This document shows, piece after piece, positions 13,041 through 24,159 of a stretch of 64,000 nt of DNA. Position 1 is the stretch's first letter. Each line of letters begins with the position of its first letter. The stretch comes from Heptranchias perlo (Eukaryota). The position numbers and the translations under genes were made by a program. The notes below the pieces were generated by a model. That model did not search any database. It saw only the letters and a program-made list of their open reading frames with translations, and was not told where the DNA came from. Location: the NCBI RefSeq assembly GCF_035084215.1, contig NC_090339.1, forward strand, positions 40,362,001 through 40,426,000. Direction: 5' to 3'.

Positions 13041-13936
13041 GGATGGCATCAATTTTACAAACAACTGAGTCCAATCCTTAACTGATATCTGTGTGCTTCC
13101 CAGCAGGAATAACTGAATCACGATCAGAAGCAGAAATCCTGACTAACTTTTCTTCTACCCAGCTTGGGTGCTGAGGTTGATTGTAGTGAAGCAACTGCCA
13201 TCGATTTTTTTTAAACTATAGAAGCAGCAAAATAAAACCAGTGGAACACTAATGCCAGTTTTAAAATTTGCAATCCTTTGAGTGTAATCCCATGATAAAG
13301 TCTTAATATGAAGTCACCCGATGGTTTATTGGATAAATGCACCATATGGTGTGGTCCTGCACCATATAGACCAGGAAGGCCTAATCCCTGGGCTATGTTG
13401 AGCCCTGGACTATGTTAATCCCTGGGCTATGTTGAGCTAGCTGATCTCAGCCCTAGTCATTATATGGGATGCTACTATTGACCTCTGTATCTCTGGGCTG
13501 GAAAGTTAAAAGAATCAGCCTTGGTTCTTGCTCTTGATCGCTACCCATTGACCCTTGTTTGGGCATTGGGCTGCTGGTGCCATATGCTTGCATTAGAGGA
13601 GATAATTAGGGAAAGAAGTGTTAACATGGATGTTGAAATGAAATGAAGTGATGGCACTGCTTTAGGTTCTCATATGAAATGATTCAAATGGGAACAAAGC
13701 ATGATGAGCAACACAGAAAGCTGATCACATTCACTTGCTATAAATGGCCCATCTCCAACTACTTAAGGTGTTAATAGTGAATTGTCTGACATGCTTCATG
13801 TGGTATCCAGCCAACCTTTGATCCTGATTTTGGTAATTTGATGCGAACGTCAGAATTAGTGTCTCAAACCGTGAGTTATCGTACACCACTGCTTGTAAGT
13901 TCAAAAGCAATAGAAAAATTCCCAGATTTTTTGAAA

Positions 13937-14110
13937 TATAAAACAGAAAATGCTGAAAGTGCACGGTAGGTCCATCAGCACCTGTAAAGAGAAAAGATTA
14001 ACAAACTCGATTGCGATGAAAGGTCTCCATTAAAAACATTAACCTGTCTTTTCCCTTTTCAAATGCTGACAGAACTATGGTGCATTTTCTGTTTTTATTT
14101 CAGATTTTTA
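13937..14110. repeat. Imperfect palindromic repeat (Penelope-type inverted termini)
   Basis: ataaaacagaaaatgc... pairs with ...gcattttctgtttttatt. Same family at 18430-19240, 21415-21610 and 57585-57640. Confidence 0.6.
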
Positions 14111-14302
14111 GAAAGTATCGACTAGTTTGCTTGGCAGAGCTTGACATAGTTTTTGTGTGAGTATAAGGAGGTGTTGAATGTCAGAGAAAAATTAGTTGTT
14201 AATAAAACGACTGATTACTGCTTTCAAGATTAGTCACGTTTTTGTCCCTTGTCCAAGAAATCATCTGTAATTACAATTTCTACTTCTCTTATGGCAGATC
14301 AG

Positions 14303-14850
14303 GTACGGTAGCATAGTGGTTATGTTACTGGGCTAGTAATCCAGAGGCCTGGACTAAAATCCAGAGTCATGAGTTCAAATCCCGCCACGGCAGCTGGCGA
14401 ATTTAAATTCAATTAATTAATTAAATTCAATTAATTAAATAAAAATCTGGAATTAAAATACTAGTATCAGTAATGATGGCCATGAAACTACCGGATTGTC
14501 GTAAAAACCCATCTGGTTCACTAATGTCCTTTAGGGAAGGAAGCCTGCCGCCCTTACCCGGTCTGGCCTATATGTGACTCCAGACCCACAGCAATGTGGT
14601 TGATTCTTAATTGCCCTCTGAAATGGCCTAGCAAGCCACTCAGTTGTAAAATCTCGCTACGAAAAGTCATAATAAGAATAAAACCCGTCGGACCACTAGG
14701 CACCGGACACGACAACAGCAAAACACCAAGAACCGTCACCACACGGACTGCAGCGGTTCAAGAAGGCGGCTCATTACTTCTCAAGGGCAATTAGGGATGG
14801 GCAATAAATGCTGGCATTGCCAGCGATGCCCACATCCTGTGAACAAAGAT
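14303..14850 (+). mobile_element. tRNA-headed SINE-like element sharing the 3' end of the LINE at 4178-5213
   Basis: A-box TAGCATAGTGG (14309-14319) and B-box GTTCAAATC (14373-14381). Positions ~14735-14845 align to ~5088-5205. Confidence 0.82.
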
Positions 14851-15506
14851 TGAAAAATTATTTTGTACATCAAAAAATATATTTTAAAAAGCATGTTGTT
14901 TGCGCTTGACATGCTTTCATTTTCTGAGATATTTATTATATTTGTAGAAAGTCATTTGGTAAAAAAGAAAAAATATATTTCTCAAAAGCTGAAATAGACT
15001 CTATTCCTCAAGAAGTTAATTAATTTAGATTCTATCTGTCTATCACCCCTTTCAATACTTTTTTAAATACCTAAATTGAATTTTCTGGAGGAACTGTATG
15101 GTGTGAGTAGTTATACATTAGCCTTTCACCCCTGGTGAAATTTACCCCTCACAGTTGTGACAGGTGTGATCATTTCTCATTTCATGCCATTAAAAACAGC
15201 ATTGCACAGTGGTAAAGTGCTTCATCCAGGATATAAGCCAAATTAACATTTTGGCTTTGTTTCATTACAAGCATTCGCTGATCATGGAAGCAACCCATTT
15301 CCTAAACTGAAGGGGCTCGCAGAGAGAAAATGTGATTTATTTTCCATTTCAAGATTTTAGTTGCCTTTTTGTGCTCATCAAGATGAAGGATGAGTGCTGG
15401 AGAATGAATTGGGTGCTTTCAAACACCCTGTGTCAGTACTAAGCACTCTCAGGTTAGGCACAGCATGGTTAGATACAAAGCTCAGTCTAGTATGTCACAA
15501 CAATGT

Positions 15507-16233
15507 GGCCCCAAGATTTACGGAGAGGTGGGGAGGGTGCTGGGGAGGCCGAAAGCAGCCGAAGAACCCAGTAAGGCTGGGGACACAGAAATCCTGCCGA
15601 TGTTAAGGCAGGACCTTATCAATATTTTTTAGTTCCGTTTCCCATCTGGCACCCGGCCAAATGGACAGCATGGCTGGCGGCCAGGAGGGAACACCAGCGG
15701 CAAAAGGTTGCAGCCGAGGACCCTTGGGGACAGTCCTCTGCAATTGAGAGCGGGGAGATATGCCGCGATTGAGAGGGGATGAGAGGCCACAATTGGGTGA
15801 GGGAAAGAGAGGTCAGCAATCGGGAAGGATGGGGGGTTGGAGGCTGGCGCTCGGGGCTGGAGGAGGCCAAAGGCTTCCTTGAGGGGCCTGGGCAGATCAC
15901 TCTTGCTCCTCCTAGTCCACAAGGAGTGCTGAAAAAGGCACTTACCATGTGGAGCCTGTAGCTCCCGCCTCCCTTTCACTACGGGATTTTCCGGCCCCTA
16001 GGAAACTTGTGCAGCAACAGTCAATTTTAAATTGGGCCCCTAATGTGCGGTTGGAGCCTGATTTAAATATGTTAATTACGTGTCCCGCTTCTCCACATCG
16101 GGACACTCGGACGCCTCAATATCCGCCAGCCTAAAAAAGGTAATGGGCACGTGCGCAGCGTGTCGAGGGCGCGTTCCCCATATTTAACCTTTTAAGCCCC
16201 CCTCCCCATTGTGGGGGGGTTAATATCGAGGCC
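15507..16233. mobile_element. GC-rich MITE (PIF/Harbinger-like) with TGT target duplication
   Basis: Termini ggccccaagattta / taatatcgaggcc are imperfect inverted repeats; tgt on both sides (15504-15506, 16234-16236). Confidence 0.72.
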
Positions 16234-18429
16234 TGTATCTCAGCTCCAACTGTAGAAATGCACCCTCTGCTGGACCAGTGTGACATTTTTTTCCATCTGC
16301 CGTACCAGCCAACCTATGGTTTTGTTGAGTGAATATAGTGATGAGGAAATTATACTTCTGCCTGTTACTTATCTTGCTTAAACAGAGTTCCCTCTCCTTC
16401 ACAACCAGGATACATTGCTTGGTTCTCTGAGATGAAGAATGATGCTGGTTGTTACAGCAGTTACCTAACTTTTAACTGTCACATTCAGACAGCTATCAAA
16501 AGTGTCACAAATAGTTAAAAGTGTTGTTGCTTTTATTTTCTGTCTTCCTATCTTGAAAAAACTGATTCATATTAGGGTATGGTTCCATGGGTGCTTGCAA
16601 CCTTCTGGCATCTTGAAAAGTGCCCATTGTGCAAGGTGCGAACCTAGACAATGAAATAACCAACTGTGGAGAGCATCATCTTTTCCGCTCCCAATATCCA
16701 CATACATATACTTTCCAGTATAGGTTTGGACAGCCTTCAGGAATAAAAACCCAGGCTGATTTTCCCCCTTTCTAGCCCAGAGGCACTGATGCCTATTGTA
16801 ACACCTCCAGGCCTGCCCAGCTGAATCAACTAACTTGGCACAGACCAGGGATCAAACTTGATTCAATTATTCCCTTTCTTTTACCAATATTTAGGACTTT
16901 ACAAAAGGTTTAAATTTCTGACTTCACCTAAAATTCAGTAGAATCACTGGAGACCAGGCATTTTTCTTTTCATTGTACCTATTCTTGAGAATGATTTATC
17001 CCATGTCAATCATTTCTTCTTTTGCAACATGCAGTCAGCTAGCATATGTACACCATTAACTTCACAATGAGATCTACTTTAAACTTACAGACCATGTAGA
17101 GGAGATGTTTAGCACAACACAGAAACAGTTTATTTTAACAGAAATATTTTACAGAGCCTTATATACAAATATTTACAATTGACAAACAAACAAGGGGAAG
17201 TTCTGAACTGCATCTGTCCCAATCCCTTTTCCTTCCTAAACTAATAATTCCAGTGAAATCCCTTTATTCTGAAAACTGCTTTTTGGGTTTCATAATTAGG
17301 TATTGTGGCTAAGTATCCCTTTAATAATTGTGTAATGTTTTTGACCCAGGAAATTAGAGGACAGTAAAATAACTGCTCCCTTCCCAAAAAAGAGCAGAAC
17401 CTCCTTTCCTGAACACAATAGAAAGGTGCAACACATGGGCTGCCTCAGTTGCACAACTGTGTAAAAGTTTTGGCAATCACTGTGTAGACGTGTGCTTATT
17501 AGTTTGAAACATCTGTAATATACCAAACGGTACAGAAAAGATTAATGCAGAGCACTATTTCAAGGGGACATGGGGGCACAAATTCAATGTGGCAAATTTT
17601 GGACTAATGTCTAGAAGTTCTTCACATAAGTTGTGCTCAATGCATGGAATGGAGTTCCAGATAAGATTGTGGAGATGGAAACCCTGGAATCATTTAAGAA
17701 ACAGTTGGATGCTGTGATGGGAGATTGTGGGCTTTTCTAGATAGCTGAGCAAGGATGGATCAAATGTTCTTCCTCATCTGCATCTATCTTCTGATCTCAT
17801 GATTTCCAAGGTAAATAGGAACAAGATTCAGATTCATTTTTCATTCAGACATAGAAAAAATTATATTGCTCTTTATTAAGAACTATCTCTTTTTAGACAA
17901 TGTGATTTTTTTGCTAATTTATTCATGTGACAGTTCAGTAGTTAAAAAAAAAGCAGACAAGAAAATGAGACAGGAAGCTCTAGTCTCTGAAACAACTGGT
18001 AATGTAATTCTTCTTGAAGTGTATAAGGACCTTGTGACCTTTTCTTCTACCGAGCACAGTGCAACTTTATATTAACTTATTTGGCTGACTCTAAGTGGGT
18101 CGATTTTTATTTTCTTGGCAGCTGCTAGACAACATTTGATATCTGTGGTTTAACTTCTCCACAACTCCGGGCACCTCTTATTGTCATTTGCACTGTAATC
18201 CCTGATCCCATGAAGATGCCATACATGCCATTAGGCAGTTCTACTTATACAATCTGGCAGCCATTTGCTGCTCCACTCTCCAACATTTGTGGTCCTTGAC
18301 AGACAAGCTGCTCTTTCTATCTCTGAGGCTCCATTTATAGCCTGCCTGACTGTGGGATGTTTCCTGAGTTGTTTTCAATGCTATTTCTTCGCCTTTTCTT
18401 GGTCTCTAGACAAGGGAGTGCTATTAAAA

Positions 18430-19240
18430 ATAAAAACATAAGATGAAGGAAACACATAGCAGGTTAGTCATCTGCTGTAAAGAAAGAAAAGACAGGTTAT
18501 GATGTTTCAGGTGTGCATTCTTCATCAGAACTGAATTGGGTCATTTTAACCCAGTATATCTGGCGGGAAATTGACGAGAATAGATCCGCTGCCCATTTTA
18601 CACCCCGCCTGATTTTACTTTCCATTAAAGTCAATAGGTGCTGAACTGAGGCTGTGCAAACTCCTTTCAAGTAAGGCTCTAGTAACCAATAGACAAAGAC
18701 TTTCATCCCATTAATCTGAGCTGTATTTGAACCCAGGTCCCAGTGTCTAGTCCACTGCTATATTCAGCGCTTTTGCTAATTCTGTTCATGTGAACAAAGT
18801 AACCCTTCCCTTTTTGCTTTGATGAATCAATCCACAGGTCACACAGCTGATATTAATACAATTTACCAGCATTCATCTTATTGGGCAGTTGATCCCACCC
18901 CATCAGTTTCCCACCGGGCAGGTTAGGTTAAAATTAGGAATATTGGAACAGGAGAAGGCCATTCAGCCCGTCGAGCCTGTTTTGCCATTCAATTAGATCA
19001 TGGCTGACGTGTATCTCAACTCTATTTACCTACCACCTTTGCTCCATATCCCATAATACTCTTACCCACGAAGAGTTAAAGATGGAAAGAAATTTGAATA
19101 AGATTGGAAAAAATCTTGATTAAGGATGCACATCCGAAAAGTCATAACATTTCATTTCTCTTTACAGAGGCTGAGTGATCTTCTGTGTATTTCCAGCATT
19201 TTATGTTTTTATTCCAGATTTCCAGAGTTTGCAGTTATTA
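18430..19240. repeat. Penelope-type inverted repeat pair interrupted by a MITE (~18538-18935), a SINE piece and a CR1 tail (~18935-19070)
   Basis: Left arm 18430-18530 is roughly the reverse complement of right arm 19112-19240. Each arm contains a CTGATGA..GAAA-like core. Confidence 0.6.
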
Positions 19241-21414
19241 ATTTTATCTTATCGGAATGCTGTTGGAAGATAGGATTTTCTCATCTTTCACAGAGCAATT
19301 AAAGAGAACTATTTTCTCTTTCTGTTTCTGTGTGGTGGTCCCCAGCCTTTACCTGGCAACTACATGAAGTAGCATGATAGAAATCAGGAGCTCAATATGG
19401 CAAATTCCAGGTGCAGACCTGCATCCCAAGAGTTGATGTAATCCTGACAACGGCCCTCAAGTAAGACCTTTGATTATAAGTTAGTGAAATTAATGCCATT
19501 TGCCATTATTATTTTTATTTCCACAGAATGGATGTAGGTGAAGTGAGTGATGACATGTAGTAGAACCGTAGAGTGTACCAGTTAAATAGTGTTTTACCGT
19601 CTTTAGCACCTAAAGCAACTGCTCACCTGCTTATCTGCCCTCCTCACTACAGCAAAGTTCACAGGTGAGAAGCCATAAAATTAAAGAGGGTGAAATGTTT
19701 ATAGTGCCTAGAAGTAACTCTACAGTCAAATGCCACTTGTGTGAACTAATTGGACCTGGAGTGGTGGATGGGCAGGATGTTCACATCATCTGTCAGAAAA
19801 AAACACATCCTTAGCTTCTCTATCTGTTTTATGATGAAATATCAATACCGAATTTACTTTACATGTAATCATGACCACAAAGGAAGTAAAAGTATTTCTG
19901 TTCTGGTAATTTACCTCTTACTGTACTCAGTCTGCAAGAGATTGAATCTGCATTGTGCAATAATAATCATGGGTTAATACCTTTGTTAAAATATCAGGTG
20001 AATTTAATCTGAACATGTTAATGCATAATGCTCAGTGCAATTTCAACCCCTAGGAGAGGAGCTATCTTGGCATTGGTTGGAATGAAACATTGATACAATT
20101 GCCACTTGTGTGAACTAATTGGACCTGGAGTGGTGGATGGGCAGGATTTCTGGTTATCTGATTGCTCATATATACTCTTAAAATTTTCCTGAAACAAATA
20201 GAAAATGCTTGCACTATTGTTATTTGTTATATAGAACGGTGGCTTTATCTTTGATAAAAGAGGAAAAATTTGGGAAAAAAAATTGCTTTTGAATTTATTT
20301 TGGGTTACTATTCCAGTATGTTGTTGCAAAAAAGCTGAACTCTTTTTTATTTTAAAATGTGATATTTATCCTTCAGTTTTTGCTCTTTTTCTTAGTTGGT
20401 GGGAAAGGACGAGGAGGATGAAAGAGGAGAAAGTTTTCTTTATTTCTGAGAGTTATAGGGAAGATTTTCTTCTTAGCACTCCCAACACACAGTTAATTTT
20501 GTTAGGCTAAACATTAAAGAATAAAAAATGATGGACTGGGAGTGCATAGTTTCTTGATATATACTACCTACAAGTGGTAGAATCATCAAAAAAGAAAATT
20601 TCCCCTTAAATTTTAGGGGTCACAAAATGATGCCTTAGCAACCGTTGTGCTGTTCAACCCCTTCCATTAACCTCAAATTCATTCCAGTGCGACCTTATTA
20701 AAAAAACAATTTCCCCAATTTTTCTCCCCACTTTTCCTGAAGGTGTTGGCTCTTAGTGGCGTGTGGTTTCACCAATAACATCAGCCCTCTTGTATCTCGT
20801 CCAAATGGTCATTCTCATGTAGTGCCTACTGAGTGAGTGTTGAGCAGGGGACTTGACAATGGACAGCATCACAGCAAAGCCTGAGTGAGATTGCAAATAT
20901 AGTGCAACATATAGCCAACCCCTATCGCCCCACTAGTCTGGATAATCTAATGACACTTGCTGTCCAGCACAAGAAGAATAATAACTTAGGTGTGGTAATG
21001 GAAATTGTACCCCACTTAATATCAGTGCCTTTAGGCGGCAGCAAAAAAAATAACTGCTGAGTCTAGCTACTGCAATGGCGTTAGAGAAAAAGTATCAGAC
21101 ATGTATCTCACAAACCATTTTGGAGGTATCATTAGTTTAAAGGATAAGATAATTTTCAGACTTTTCAAGGGTTGCAGCACTCTAAAACATACCTACACCG
21201 ACCCTTCATTTTATTTGTGCTTGTAAGAAAGGATTTGCTTAAGTAGCTGAAGAAAAGAACTGAGCAGAATAATTTTCTGGTTGCTATTTAGGTAGAAAAG
21301 GGAATGTTACCTTTATTGGGTTGAACCAGGTTTAGGCTTGATTAAGGTGGAGTCAAACAGAGCTATTCCTCAGTCTATTCACCCGTACTTTCCTAAAAAA
21401 TTGCAATTGACTAT

Positions 21415-21610
21415 AAAAAGAACAGAAAATGTTGGAAATACACAGGTCTGTCAGCATCTGTAAGAGACTAATATTTTGGTTGGAGACTCTTCATTCATTC
21501 TTACAAAGGTTCTCTATCCAAGACATGAATTTGTCTTTTCTATCTTCCAATGCTGTTGGACCTGCAGTGCATTTGCAGCATTTTCTGTTTTTATTTCATA
21601 TTTCCAGCAT
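21415..21610. repeat. Imperfect ~190-bp palindrome, same family as 13937-14110
   Basis: aacagaaaatgttggaaatacacaggtctgtcagcat pairs with atgctgttggacctgcagtgcatttgcagcattttctgtt. Confidence 0.65.
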
Positions 21611-22511
21611 TTGTTTCATCACCGTTGATGTTTCTATTCCTGAGTTAAATTATAAATCTGTTCTTTTTTTTGACCCAGAATAAGCACTTCTGTGTAATTT
21701 GAAAAAATAGTAACCTGTGCAATAAATGTAATAATAATTCCAGCAAAAAGAGGGACCTTAGAATGAGGCAGAAATTCTTATTTGATTAGAAAGTGAAGAT
21801 AATTTGGAAAAATGTCACTGGAACTTGTGGAACTGTCCAGCAGCACCACTACAGCTTTCCAAAAACTTTTGCAATCCTATTTCATAGAGGTATCCCTTTG
21901 CCTACTCTTAGGCTGCAAACTAAAATCAAAAACTGTAAAAAAAAATGGATTTTTTTAAGCCTAGAAATGATTACTGTTAGCCAAAAGACTAAATTGATAT
22001 ATTTGTCATTGTCTTTGGTGGCTGAGATGGTGGAAACCACCTCTACAAAATACCAATATCAATGGTTACATCCTGCTCACTTACTCAAGGCTGAGACATC
22101 TTGCTATTTGTTTAAGACTTCAGTTCTGCTTTCATATATGGAGAGGCTCTTCTGACATCTCTCCTGCACTTCTGGACAGGATACAAGAAAAGTTGATGCC
22201 TGCCTCTGTTAAGACTTTGCCTCCAAGATCTCTCTCTCTCTCCCTCTGCAATCAACACTAGTATAGTTAGTACTCCTCCTAACTTTCCTGTCTTGTTCCT
22301 CTCTCAGCTCCAGGAATATTGCCCTGCAGTTTTCACCTTCCCTACATTTCCACTGCGTTGAAATCAGGACACATTGCATAGTCTCCTACTGCTTCAAAAC
22401 CATGAAACTCCTTAACCCTCTTATTTCTCCTACAATCGGCAGGCTTCTAAAATTCAAGCTTGGTGTCACCTAATCGCTTTTCCTGATTTTACCTTGTTTT
22501 TCTCTTTCACC

Positions 22512-22712
22512 CAACCAACATCACTAAAACAGATTATCTGGCCATTATCACATTGCTGTTTGTGGAACCTTGCTGTGCGCAAATTGACTGCTGCGTTTCC
22601 TACATTACAACAGTGACTACACTTCAAAAGTACTTCATTGGTTGTAAAGCGCTTTGGGATATCCTGAGGTCATGAAAGGTGTTATATAAATGCAAGTCTT
22701 TATTTCTTCTTT
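22512..22712 (+). mobile_element. 3' half of a Deu-type SINE
   Basis: caacatcactaaaacagattatctggcc...aagcgctttgggatatcctgaggtcatgaaaggtgttatataaatgcaagtc, homologous to ~9330-9495. Confidence 0.7.
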
Positions 22713-23117
22713 CTTTTTTAACCTTGGTGGTGTCCTGTACTATGGCCTTTGACCCTTCACAATGGATTTTCAATTAAAAAGAAAATTAAAGGTTACTCCA
22801 GCAGCCAATAAAGCCACTTGGCATTCTTGTTAATTGTATTCGACACAGTACCTGACCAAAAGCATTGCTGTCAAAACATAAACCGAAAGTTGCTCAAAAT
22901 AAACTAATGTGGTGGCATCATTGTTAGAAATACAATTCGTTCTTTGTATCTCTGACTGAGTTAGCAATGAGCAAGCTGCCTGTTTTCATTGTACTTTCAC
23001 TTCTTATTTTAAAAAGAAAGTTTTTCAATTCAATTCCACAATCTGTTATTTCTAGAACCATATTGGCCTAGCTTGCGTCGTATTCCACTGCTGGTAAAGT
23101 TTTGTTATAAAAATCTG

Positions 23118-23258
23118 TCATTTTAAAGTTTTTGACAGGTTACAAGATTGTCGCACATCAGTCCACTCCTGCTTAGTGTTCTGCAAAGCCTGGGTCTTCT
23201 GTTCATCCACCTGGACATAGTCCACTCGCTCTTCCAGCATGGACGAAAGGAACGGCTT
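23118..23258 (-). CDS. gab3: GAB3-like terminal coding exon, 141 nt including stop
   Basis: Acceptor cttgtacacag. Encodes [46 protein letters not shown], the conserved GAB C-terminus with the second SHP2 site YVQV. Confidence 0.93.
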   Translation of the reverse strand, partial: KPFLSSMLEERVDYVQVDEQKTQALQNTKQEWTDVRQSCNLSKTLK

Positions 23259-23309
23259 CTGTGTACAAGACAAAAAAGGCAATCTACTAAACATGACCCA
23301 AGATGTGTT

Positions 23310-23580
23310 ATCTCTTTCACTCACACCTTTTCTCACTCTTACTCACTATCTCTCACACTCTTTTACTCTTTCCTGCAATTTCGTTCTTTCTCTCACTTTA
23401 TTTTACTGTCTTTTTAGCAGTCTCTCTTGTACACGTTCTCTCACATTCTCTCACCCTTTCTCACTTTCCATCTCACAATTTATCTTGCACTCTCCCATAT
23501 TCTCACTGTTCCATCACACTCTTTCTCTCACTCACTTTCTCTGAATCTGTTTTGCTATCATTCCTTTCTCATTTTCACTC
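23310..23580. repeat. Degenerate CT-rich microsatellite in the last gab3 intron
   Basis: Repeating tctctcac/ttctctca units. Confidence 0.7.
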
Positions 23581-23753
23581 ATTAGTTTACTATCACTGTG
23601 GGCATTTTGCTTTAATAGATTTGTCATTGTTTTTTGTGTATTATCTAAGAGAACAGCCTTCACTCCGTTATATTCTTAATTGCTACATATATTTCAAAAA
23701 GCAAACTGATATGCATTAATTTAACACAATCATGCAGAATTTGGACAAAATAC

Positions 23754-23867
23754 CTTCTGAACAGGAGAGGGAGACGTTGCATTGAAGTCTAAGGCTAGAT
23801 AGTCAAGGTTTAACGGTCGGGGCCAGTGATTGTTGCCATTACCATTATATACAGAGCTAGAGCGTTC
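23754..23867 (-). CDS. gab3: GAB3-like exon 9, 114 nt
   Basis: Acceptor tttatccacag, donor AAG|gtattt. Encodes ERSSSVYNGNGNNHWPRPLNLDYLALDFNATSPSPVQK, with the SHP2-binding YLAL motif; phase 0 to 0. Confidence 0.92.
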
Positions 23868-24159
23868 CTGTGGATAAAGATATTAAAAAATCAAATCCAA
23901 GGACTAAAATATTTCACAACAATTATCATTCATTTATGAATGGTCTTGTTTTGTAACTCCAAACAGTAGAATATTGTATTTTCCTTACTCTGATTATATG
24001 TACTAGTGTCTCAAAAACATTGTGCAGTCATAATAGGCAGCCTAGTAGTTATGAATCAGAAATGCAGAATATTGACATTTCATTTCAAAAACTACTTCTG
24101 ATAATGTACAGTACAAAGAAAGTCACACCTTTTAAAAAAAAAGTTTCATTCTGAATAAA

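Noticed and set aside
14303-14390. tRNA gene
   Set aside because: A and B boxes are present, but there is no convincing cloverleaf and it continues into a SINE body.
23123-23719. Overlapping Ser/Leu/Phe-rich plus-strand ORFs
   Set aside because: Translations of CT-rich repeats or antisense of the gab3 last exon.
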